A stretch of 58,833 nucleotides of DNA, filler included, from Sphacelaria rigidula (Eukaryota), in NCBI GenBank assembly GCA_964200075.2. It is 9 parts of 9 records of this genome, joined end to end, with 100 filler letters (N's around TTAATTAATTAA, not from the genome) between each part and the next. Parts side by side here need not be neighbours in the genome. Positions count along the whole stretch, not along the records: positions 19,647 to 26,094 come from CAXNAA020020004.1; positions 26,195 to 32,642 come from CAXNAA020020005.1; positions 32,743 to 39,190 come from CAXNAA020020006.1; 6 more parts are not named here. One strand, written 5' to 3'. How positions within the stretch are numbered: the stretch's first letter is position 1; each line of letters opens with the position of its first letter. Shown here piece after piece: positions 25,601 through 35,866 of this stretch. The position numbers were made by a program, and so were the translations under genes. The notes under the pieces were generated by a model. That model was not told the origin of the DNA, did no database searches, and was given only the letters and a program-made list of their open reading frames with translations.

Positions 25601-26094
25601 ACTCGAAATTACCGCAACAAACGTGGCAACAGAAACTCCAATCGCGGTCGCCGACACAACAGCAATCACGGAAACCCTCGCCAGAACGATCAAAATTCTC
25701 GCGACAACAAGCGTTCCGCTGATAGACACCAGCGGACGGGACCGACACAAAGTTTTAATCCCAACACCAGAAACCCTGGTACCTTCACTTCGGATCGCTT
25801 AGATCCATGACGTGCCGACGCCGGCGTTCTTCGGTCTTCCACGCCGTCGATAGCACGAGCAAAGACTTTTTCAACACAGCCCGAGGAGTCCGTGTCACAA
25901 ATTGCTGACTCGACTGCCCCGGCACTATCCAGGAGCGTAGCTGACGGCCGTTCAAATCGACCCCCGTCTCGAACCTCCACACAATTTTCAACACAGCCCA
26001 CAGAGCCCGCGACCAAGATTATCCGCCCGGCTCTCCCGGCACTTTGCAGGAGTGCATCTGACGGCCGTTCAAACCGACCCCCGTCCTCATCCCT
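19647..26094 (+). mobile_element. 5' half of a Ty3/gypsy element: partial 5' LTR (to 19885), PBS, ~1.55-kb leader, giant gag and start of a downstream frame
   Basis: LTR end ...TTATTACA followed by T-TGGCGTCTGAC (PBS at 19887). 19717-19885 matches the 3' LTR end at 46197-46365. CCHC knuckle CINCSVQGHSMRDC at 25454-25495. Confidence 0.85.
21439..25810 (+). pseudogene. Giant Gag polyprotein (~1450 codons) broken by two frameshifts and two in-frame stops
   Basis: ORFs 21424-21759, 21708-~23240, 23345-23578 and 23666-25810 chain together. The last two share a frame, interrupted only by TAG 23321 and TGA 23576. Layout: disordered N-terminus, coiled coil, helical capsid-like region, CCHC, Arg/Asn-rich tail. 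Confidence 0.75.
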
Positions 26095-26194
26095 NNNNNN
26101 NNNNNNNNNNNNNNNNNNNNNNNNNNNNNNNNNNNNNNTTAATTAATTAANNNNNNNNNNNNNNNNNNNNNNNNNNNNNNNNNNNNNNNNNNNN

Positions 26195-26826
26195 GTACGT
26201 CACCTCAAAAAAATCGGGGGAGTCACGATCTCGGAACGGTTTTCCCCGATTTTTTTTCGGGAAAAATCGGGGAAAACCGTTCCGAGATCGTGACCCCCCG
26301 ATTTTTTCGGCCCCGATGTGGCCCAAATCGATGTCCATAAAATGCGTTCCCCGATTTTTTTTCCCCCGATTTTGAAAAAATCAAGATTCGTGCTTGCCAT
26401 AAAAGTGGGTCTGTGCAGGGTGTGTAGTTTTTCATTTTTTTGGCCGTAGCGTGTAGGTCGACGGCGGGTCCGTCGAATGAGGAAAACGAAGCGAAAGGAG
26501 TTTTGACTTACATGCGGCGGGACGCTTGACGCGGAACTGCCGAACGCCAAAGCCCAATTGCGAATTTCCAATTGCATGATGAAGAGCGTTTTGACCATGA
26601 TGGCAACACATGCTCACCACACCTCGAAGTGATATAATGGGTATGTGCCAACGTTCGTCTTTCCATGCACGACATCCGAAAACAAAACTGATACTTTCTA
26701 CGATAGCCCCCCTCGAAAAGTGGCTGGTTTGGGGAGGCAAAATCTACAGGTTAATCGAAATGAACGAAGCCAAGCACGACGAGCAGCTGGGAATTCCCAC
26801 GTTTGGGTTCTTTTTCGCCCATAGTG
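26195..26826. mobile_element. DNA-transposon end with AAAATCGGGG repeats, a long palindrome and a CACTATG terminus
   Basis: Near-perfect ~45-bp stem at 26208-26307. The minus strand begins CACTATGGGCGAAAAAG at 26826. Confidence 0.45.
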
Positions 26827-27399
26827 TCGCCCAAGTGAAGCGCTTTGTAGGGGCGGACCCCCGATGGGGTTGGCGGCTTCGCCAATTGACTGGGAAAACA
26901 TCGATGTACTGGCCGCTGGCGCTGCCAGTTTGAACTTAACTGGCCAGAGCTGCCAGTTCACAGCCCTATTGTTTTTGGAATATTTTTGTCTTCCCCTCGT
27001 CCAAAAAAACCAAAACGAAAGACAAAAAATCCCATCCCACCCCATCCATTAATTAATAGGTGTAGTACCCGCCCTACCCTACTAAATGTATATTAGAATA
27101 TCCTCCTCACACACGATACCCCCAATATGTTGTACTGAGTGCAGCATGTGGTGTACTCGAAACCCTGAACATAACAAGCTTTACCGTCAGCATAAGTGTT
27201 TACGGCGGTGATGGCATGGAACGGGTGATCAAGGCTGTTGTTGTTCCCCGCTATCGTGTTTTCGACAACCGCGCCAGTCTCCCCCACACACCTAAAATTG
27301 TGTTGAAGCATGTACCGTCTGAGGAGGAGATATGTTCCGAGAACAATTGATCTATACACACAAAAGTAGCTGGTTTGGCACACTCTGGACTCGAAGTAG

Positions 27400-28400
27400 G
27401 TACAGAAAGAAGAGCAATGCGATTTATATTATTCTACATCTGTGCAGACGGTAAAGTTATGTTCAGGACTTTGAGAGCAATACACGCTGCAGCCAGGGCC
27501 TTTTTTATCGAAGGATATTTTCCCCTTTTCAACATCCTCATTTTGAAAAACAACCGCTGATTGGTCGCTGCGGTACCACCCCCCAAAAAACGTGCCCAGA
27601 AAACACCTTTTGGGGGTTGATTTCAGGAAGTGAAAAAACACTTCCTGAAATCCTTGAAAAGGGGATTTCTGGACACCTCGAAAGGGAACATACGCGTCCC
27701 GTTGACAGGGGCACATGCAAAGGCTTACCACACAAGCCAACACAATCAGAGCTGAATCCGAGATACTTTGTGTCCCAGAAAACCAAAAACACACAGCTCG
27801 AGCCGTAGCTGCTCATCAGCTGAGCACGATGTGCGTGACCTTGCTCAAGTCTGTTCAGATTTATCGAGAAATGATGAACTGTGTGACACGCACGCACAGT
27901 ACACGCGCACAAACGGTCAGCGATCACACCCTTTCGGTTGTTCTTGACGCACACGCGGCCGCCATTCGTCCATTACAGAAACGGATTTCCGTCAAACAAA
28001 GCCTGCCGTGTATCGATTAGCAAGGGATAGCGTTGGAACTAATGCGCGTGAGTGGTGGGTGTCTGTGCATGTTTTTTCGGGACTGGGTGCGAAGGTGTTG
28101 TCTTGCCTTGTTGCGTCTTGTCTGCAGCATTACAGAGATTTTGGGCTAACGACCACTTCCAGACCCACCGTAGTTCTGAACCTGTGTGTAGTGTTTAGAT
28201 CTGAGGTTCGCTATGTGCCAAACGCTTCTCGAAAAGACTCAAAACTGGTCGTTGTGAGGGCGATCCCCTTCCAAAAGGGGATTTTGAAGACGGGGAAAAT
28301 CCCGTTCGATAAGAAGGGCCCACACTGCAATAAATCACAGTTTTCATCGTACGTAATGGTCTATATTGCGAACCACGTTTGCGGTAGTACTGTACTGTCT
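27400..28400. mobile_element. Degenerate foldback MITE
   Basis: Imperfect inverted matches ~27495-27545 vs ~28270-28322 and ~27760-27800 vs ~28055-28105. TACAG/CTGTA near the ends. Confidence 0.35.
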
Positions 28401-29984
28401 GAGGAGCATACATCTACCAAAAACAACCAATCTCTTTAACAGCAGGTGGATTGCCTGCCCACCAAGCGTGTACGATAAGTTGAAGGGCTGCTGGTGATGG
28501 TGTGTGTGTATGTGTGTGTGTCTGATTTGTAGCGCTGTGCGTGTGCGTGTTGTGCCGTGCCGTGTGCTGCGCGCGCGTTATGGTACGTTGTCTCTCTTGA
28601 GCGTGGTGGGTGAATTCCAAGTGTGTTCGTTGTTAGACCGGCGCGACTGCTCAAACGTGCTGTAAAACTGGTTCTATCGTACAGGTAGGTTTTGTGAATC
28701 TGCCTGCACAGGCAGATATATGTACGCCGGCCGCCTCGAAGCATGCGAATTGCCCGCAACCTGATACTGTACTATACCGTGACTGTGACATGAACATCTG
28801 GATGATACTATTGTGGTATGACTGATCTGTATTGTCATATTACGCAGTACAAATTAGCTGGATCTTGCGCATGCACCTGAACGATGATACAACAGTACAG
28901 CAGCGTAGAGCGTACAGTATGCGCATTACGCCGTTAGACCGTTGTGAGACATACCGACTGCGCGCTGTCAGGAGGTAGATGAGCGCCACGAAATCGTCGT
29001 CTCCTCCATCGTGATCCAAGTAAACCCTAGACCTCGCAGGACAGGTGGACATCGCGACTCTGTTCCACGCGAAAGCAGTCAGGGTTCCACGGACAAAGCT
29101 GAGAAAAGAAATGCCGCCGCACGCACGATGATATCGCAGCACTCGGTTTGTGACTATGGTACTCGCCCACATTGTGGGCGATAGACACCTCAGATCCGAT
29201 ATCTAGGAGCGCGCGCGTCCTGTTTGTGCAACAACGTACGACAACGGGGAATGAAACTTTGTACGAGGACACAACATATGGTGAATGACAAGCGGCACCG
29301 TCATAGGACGGGTCGTAATAAATCAATGAAACTGAAATTAGCGATGGTTTCGTTGTTTTCCATGATTTTTGTACCGATTACGTGCGACCTTGATTTGTCC
29401 ATCAGAAAGAGCCGGGACACGTTTTGGGGGATGTTTTGTGAGCGATTCGCATCACTAACTGTAGTAACGTTGAAATTGATAACTCGATGTTTATGCTCAT
29501 GTCAACTCCGTTGATCTCTATCCACCTCGAAGATTGCGTGCTTCCGGCTGTCAGATTCCCAACCTGGACTCTTTCTTTCGCTAGGGACACTAAGAGCGAG
29601 TTGCACATTATATTAGCGTCCCATCGTCTCAAGACAGAATTGGAGTTCCTAAAGAGGCGTGACTGATGCGTACGTGCGTAAGCGGTACAGTGTCCACTCT
29701 GACGGAGTACATACTACATACACAGTGTACCGTTGTAAGATAAAAATAGTACGACATACTACGACGGTACCGTTGTAAGATTAGAATAGGAATGAGTGCG
29801 AAAGTGGGAGCAAAGATTACATACCGTATCGCCCTGTCCGACGTCTTAGGCTTTTTTCCCCCCAAGTCGTCATACCTCATCACGTTGCGCCACCATAACC
29901 AGTCCAAGGGTGATTATTTCGCCATCTGTTCTCACCCATAGCCCAAGAAAGGTTGAACTCTTTACTCGACACGATCGTGCTCAT

Positions 29985-30790
29985 CGGCGAATCTGTAATT
30001 ATTTCACCCCACGTGCACTGCCGCTGTACGTTGACGAAGATCGGCGAATCTGTATACGACCGACGAGTCGACTTGGAGTGCCGTTCGTCGTTATCGGCAA
30101 ATTTTAAATGGCGTTTTACTCCCCGTTGGTGCTCATCGGCGAGTCTGTAAGGCTGCTTCTTATTGAAAACAAAAAAATGGTCCTGTAGGAATGCTTTGTT
30201 GGTCCTTACCCGTCGTTTTACTGTACGCCCTAAAAGACAGTTAGGCGGAGTTTGGCACCTTGGAATGACTTGCTCTACGCGTTGAGGCGGTTCCAGGACA
30301 TCTTCGCGTTTTCCTGTGGCTGCAGTTTTGGTTTTGGTCAAGGAAGCATTTTCGTCCAAGAATCGTAATGGTCAAGAACGGTCAAATCCAGAAAAAAATG
30401 GCAGCCATTTTTTTTTGGACTTGATCGTCTCTGGACAAAAATGCTTGTTTAGCCAAAATAAAAACTGCGGCCAGCGGAAAACACGAAGATGTCCTGGCAC
30501 TGCCTCAGCGGGAAGAGCAAATGATTCCAAGGTGCCAATCTCCGCCTAGCTCCCCTTCAAGACTAAAACGACGAAGGCGGATCAAAACAGCATTTTAACA
30601 GGACCTATTTTTTGTTTGCTATAAGAAGCATCCTGATTGCTCTACTGTAACATCCTTCAAATCGGTGAATCAGTGATTATTTCACCCATCGTGCTCTGCC
30701 GCTGTACGTCCACGATAATCGGCGAATTTGTAACTGAAGGATGACTCGACATAAAACGCCGTGCGTCGTTGTGGGCAAATTTAATATAAA
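29985..30790. repeat. ~130-bp direct repeats (29985-30110 and 30661-30785) flanking a MITE
   Basis: Both share ATCGGYGAATC..ATTATTTCACCC..CTGCCGCTGTACGT..ATCGGCGAAT..CGTCGTT..GGCAAATTT. Confidence 0.65.
30151..30633. mobile_element. Full-length foldback MITE (PIF/Harbinger-like ends)
   Basis: Palindromic about ~30403, with ends GGCTGCTTCTTAT / ATAAGAAGCATCC flanked by TAA and TGA. Homologous to 43204-43669. Confidence 0.8.
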
Positions 30791-31864
30791 TGGAATTTTG
30801 AAATAATACTTACTCCCCGCTTGTGAATAGTGTTCTATTCGTGCGTGTACAGCGCAACCCCCATATGTACAACCACGCCCGCGGTTTGCAGGAGCTGAAA
30901 CAAGTGCGTTTGATCACAGTCATACACGGTACAGTACGCACTTATACTGTACATTGCATTTTCTTCTTGCTGTCGACGCATTTCAGCACAAAGCTATTAA
31001 TATATACTTCGCCGACAGGATAATGCTCTAAACTGCATTGAACTGTACTGCTTTGTTGTGTTGTATTGCTGTGGTGTGCTGCGCTGTGGTTTGCTGGACT
31101 GGGGTGGGATGTGCTGTAGGTACTGTTTGCGGCAGTCCAGATGGCCCATGTACTGGTGCGAAGCAAAATTCACACTTTTTCAAACTTCAGCCAGCTCGTT
31201 TCGTCTGTGGCATGGATGGATTTCAGCACAACATTTTCCGATGAAAATAACAATTTATCTAGATGGTGAAAACATCCGCCGTGTCTCTGCCAGTGGCGTC
31301 ATGCGAGCGCGGTGCTCTGCCATAACACCGGAGGTCAGGTGCACGGGGGGGGGGGGGGTGTTCACCCTTGGCTGCACGGATTCTGCAAGTACTCGTTGAA
31401 GACGGTACTGTGACCGGTTCAACTTGCGAGGGGAACTACCTGTCTATATATCAACACACCTTGATCGTCTTCGAGCTCACTTCTTCCAACTGGGCAATGC
31501 CGTGTGGTCCGATCCTGCATGCACAGGGTGTGGGGAACCTCAGTGCGAAACTGAGACATTTGCCATTATCCATAATTTTTCCGGAGGCGTCTATCTCGAT
31601 AATAAAAAAAAAAGCCCCGGCGACTGTCAACGTTTTCGATGGATATGGACATGCGCGACTCATGCGTGACTCAAGTCCTATCTACTGCAGAGAGCTCAAC
31701 AAGATTGCACTGTTTGGTTATTAGTTGTTCGGGCTTGGTCTGGGCTTTATTTCCTTCCGTTAACTTTCTACAGCCTAGGACAGTAGCAGGAAGAGACGAG
31801 CTGGAAAAAAGATTTGCGGTCAGCACGAGGTCAGCATCGAAAATATTTTTCATGAAGGTACGCA

Positions 31865-32240
31865 GCCTCGGTTGCTCAGTTGAGCGGTAGTAACTCCGAA
31901 ACCTCCTGGCGGTTGGTTCGTCGGTTCGAATCTCGGTGATGACACGCGATCTGGGATTTTTTTCACACCATACCCTACGGTGGAGAGCGATTATGTCGTG
32001 GGTACTACACAAGTTCGACTTCACGGTCGACAAGGGAAAGGGGACCGCTGAACCTCTCTCGGAGTGAAAAAAAAGGCGAGCACCGGAGAAGGAAGGTGGA
32101 GAAGTAAAACGAACAGGACAGAAAAAAACTCCTGCAACATTCAACATCGACCGTCCCGTTTGACCTCGGCTGATACGCCAACATATACATACCGGAAGGT
32201 GTAGACTGGCGTCCAGAATAGATTATGAGATGGCAGCACA
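31865..32240 (+). mobile_element. tRNA-derived SINE, copy 1
   Basis: A box TTGCTCAGTTG and B box GGTTCGAATC; body shared with the copies at 56532 and 58395. Confidence 0.8.
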
Positions 32241-32742
32241 ATGGGGACGAAGTCATGAAGCAAGCGAGGTGTGTGGCGGAACCACGTGTGACGGAGTCTG
32301 TACTAAAATCAAGTGTGGCTGATATGATGTCTTACACAACGCACGACGAGTAGAGAGACTGATCAAAGCTTCAAACTTGTGATGCTACTGTATAAGTCGG
32401 CCCTCACCCCATAAAGCACCGCCCGAGGCCCGAGGTGACACCGACTTCGTTGGTACGTGCGGGTCGTTATATAGTGATGAGAAGACGGAATTTTTTGACG
32501 ATTCTTTCGTTGTACAGACAGGCTGGTTCACGTTTATCGCCCAAAAAACACTCATCGGCGAAACCTCACGCCGTTTTAAGGAGTTAGACCCTGAAATTTT
32601 GCACGAATGTTCTATGGGTAATCACGCAACTTTCGAAGGTAGNNNNNNNNNNNNNNNNNNNNNNNNNNNNNNNNNNNNNNNNNNNNTTAATTAATTAANN
32701 NNNNNNNNNNNNNNNNNNNNNNNNNNNNNNNNNNNNNNNNNN

Positions 32743-35700
32743 GCTCGGAGGGGATCCTGGTGCCTCCAACGACACGACCAAGGCGAACTCGAAACAGCCG
32801 TTCTACGGAACACGGACACCGCTTGGGATGCAGATGACTCATGATGCCGCATCCGCGTCTGCTTCCCCAATCACCTTGCGTAGTGTACCGCGTTCGAGTC
32901 GCTTGTCTTGCATTCTAGCGTCGTTGGACAACCATGTGTTCCCCCTCTCCCCCACTTTATCTTTTTTCGTACTGATTAGCACCGTACCTGTAGTGGTTGA
33001 TGTGTGCCGGTGTGTCGTGTTTGGTATTTGGTCTTTCGTTTTTGTATTATATATTCTTTTTTTTTGTGTTGCGTTTTGTTTTTTGTTGCTTCGGACCCTG
33101 TTTTTCTTGCTTCGATTTTTTTTGCCTCAGTTGTTGTCCTTGTTATATTTTGTTTTGTCTTCTTTTCCTTTCGCCTCGTCCTTTGTGTTCGATTTTTCGT
33201 ATTCAATGGGTACTTTTCTTGGGTACTTCTGGATTCATCTGGCGAAGTACAAGTGACGATCGTTCCATTCCTGACCCTGAGTCTGGAACCTTGAACCTCC
33301 GTCCTCCGCGCCGTACATTCACAACCATTCCGTCCACCGGAACCGTTGCCACGAGTTGATTATGTCTTCATTTGTTTTTGGTTGTACGCATATGTTGTCT
33401 TGCTTTGTCATTACATGGTCTTTATCTTTGATTTTTTGTTTCGATGGAAGAGTTTCCGGAGCAAGCGCTAGCCATACCCGACGTGCACGTCTGGAATATT
33501 TGCGTTTTTGTTCAATCCCTCTGCACGCGAGTGCCGCCTCCCTCTCCGGGACCGGTCATGACGTGTCCTTTTTATTTGTATTTTTGTGTCATATGTTGTC
33601 GGTATTCTCTTTCTTTTACTTTTATTTCATATTTTTTTCGCCTTTTCGGTTGAGAGTTTTAGGAGCGAGCGCTGCATATACCTGACCTCCCCGTCTGGAA
33701 TAATTGCGCTCTTGCCCAACCGCTCCGTACACACATGCCGCTTCCCCCTGCAGGATCGGTAATGACGTGTTCCCTTTTTTTGTGCGTACCACGTTGATTT
33801 TATATTGGCATGGGGTGCCTGAAATGTTTTGACCTTCTTGGCTGAAATTTCTTGACCCTGCTTGCTTCATACACACGATAACCGCTCCCGTTTACAAGGA
33901 CGGTTGCATGTGTTGTTTCCCTGCCTTGTGTTGCGGATTCTCGTTTTCGCTGTTGCCCAGCGTGCCCCTGGTTATTTATTTTCCTTGGTTTTGGTTTCTG
34001 CGTCCATGTCGGGAATTTCGCCACGAGTGTTCCCATGTTTCTGACCCTCGAGTCTAGAACACTTGGCCTACTCTTTTTGGGTGTCCTGCCGCATGTGACC
34101 GACCTCGTTCATAGGAGGGTCACGGGTAATACGACGCGATGATTTACACTTTGGTGATTGATAAGTTACAACGAGGCCACCACTGGCCGCGTCGTACATT
34201 GCGGTGGTGAAGAATTGTTATTAGAGTCGCGGTAAGATCGGTTGCAAACGTCTCCGCATACAGGACCCTCACGTATCATGATGATGTAGGTCGCTCTTTC
34301 GGAACTGTCCGTTCCGCCGTGTCGATATTCGACCGTTGGTACAGCCTACAGGCTCAGAGTCCGCCACTCGCTATTTTTTTCTGTCACTTTTACCGGTTTT
34401 TATGTACAATTACCCGCCCCTGAAATTGGTCGGTGGTGTTTTGTTTTTATCAGGGATCATCGGACGAAGTAACGTGACGGTACGACCGGCTGTGGGTTTT
34501 ACTACAGTTTGTGTTCGGGCCAGTCTCGTTTTAGTCCGAACGGGCAAATACTGTGAGGAGTGGGCTGCGCTGGTCCTCTCTGTCCTGTGTATTTGTCGTG
34601 GTTCAGAAATGTGTTGGGTGATCCGCCTCGGAACTACGTAGTAGGCCCGAAGGTTGTGTATTGCCCACCACGTTTCTTTTGACGTGTACGGACACTTGAC
34701 CTGACAAACCGGTCAGTTGTTTTCCTATCGTCGTGTGTGAAAAAAACAGAGAAGCTGTACGACTGGATCATCAACCAGACGTCCCCAGCAAGTCGTTCTC
34801 GCAAACAGGTACCGACAATTAACTCACGTCAAACGAGTTGATTTGTCCGTATCATTCCATTTTGTTTTTGAATCACGGTATGGTTCTCGTGGGAATCTAC
34901 GATTTCCGCGACGAACTCGGCTGTACGATGTTTCCTTTTACTGATTCACTGGGACGAGTGATTAGCATGGACTTGGTTATCGAAGTGATATAATGCCTCG
35001 GCGGGCTTGCTTGTTTTTTTACCAATGACCCAAAACAAATCGGACATTCGGAAAAGAGCGAACTATTTATTCATGATATAGTTATGGCAGGGTAGGATAA
35101 CCGTTTCAATGATTGGTCTCTGATTTCCTGTAACGATCACTGAAATGCTTACGACATTCTGGAGACACTGCATTTTATGGATATAGTTTCATTGTTGTTT
35201 TTGGGTCTTATTTTTCTTATTTGTTTTTCTTTTTTCTTTTTTCTTTCCCATGACGCCCTCTGAATACCCACGGAACATGAGGACACCGAATCAATGTATC
35301 GGTTCGACTTTTTTCTCATTGCTTTGTGCTTGTGTTTGCCAGTTACTGTTTTTTTGTGTTGATCGCCCCTTCCCGTTTCTCGTATCCAAGAGGACTCGAT
35401 CTTCAAATGGAGTCTCAATTTTCTGTGGTGTGGGAGAGGTGTGGCTCGATGCAAGTTCGTCCCTTCTGGAAAGCGACTGCACTTGAACGATCCAGGGTGG
35501 GCTAATGTGATGGTAGAGGAGTGTCTGAATTAAAACTGGTTTCTTGTGGATACGCAGATGATCCCTAGAAACGACCAACGGGTATGGAAGGATTCTAGTC
35601 GAATGTGTGTTTGTGAAAGGCAGGATTTGATCCTTGTATCGTGACGCAGCGGGTTGAAGGTAAAAGGATTGTACCCGATTAGCCGCGTGTACCTGCTGCT

Positions 35701-35866
35701 ACTAGAGCTTTGATTGGCTTGAGGTACAGTGCGTTGTGTGGAGTGGTATTAATATGACAAGATTGTATGCGTAGCTAGGAGGTTTTGAGGGTAATCGTGT
35801 GCCGCATCGCTCACGCAGCCACTTGCGATCCACCTGTCAGAAAGGCCTACCGTAGAACTAATCACA
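32743..35866 (+). mobile_element. 3' end of a Ty3/gypsy element: Pol C-terminus, 2.65-kb 3' UTR, PPT and 3' LTR (35506-35866)
   Basis: ARRGSWCLQRHDQGELETAVLRNTD..* (32743-32844) matches the Pol end at 47416-47515. Purine run AGGGTGGG precedes TGTGAT...ATCACA (6-bp inverted termini), with no PBS after it. Confidence 0.7.

Noticed and set aside
27185..27291. Candidate minus-strand exon CVGETGAVVENTIAGNNNSLDHPFHAITAVNTYAD
   Set aside because: The splice signals are plausible, but there is no recognisable homology and no partner exon I can support.
31240..31600. Possible pogo/Tc5 CENP-B-type HTH remnant (VSASGVMRAR...PWLHGFCK)
   Set aside because: The resemblance is weak, needs a frameshift, and no DDE domain or TIRs are found.
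32828..33685. Hydrophobic ORFs as an env-like membrane protein
   Set aside because: The Phe/Leu/Cys richness appears in all three frames and simply reflects the T-rich UTR composition.
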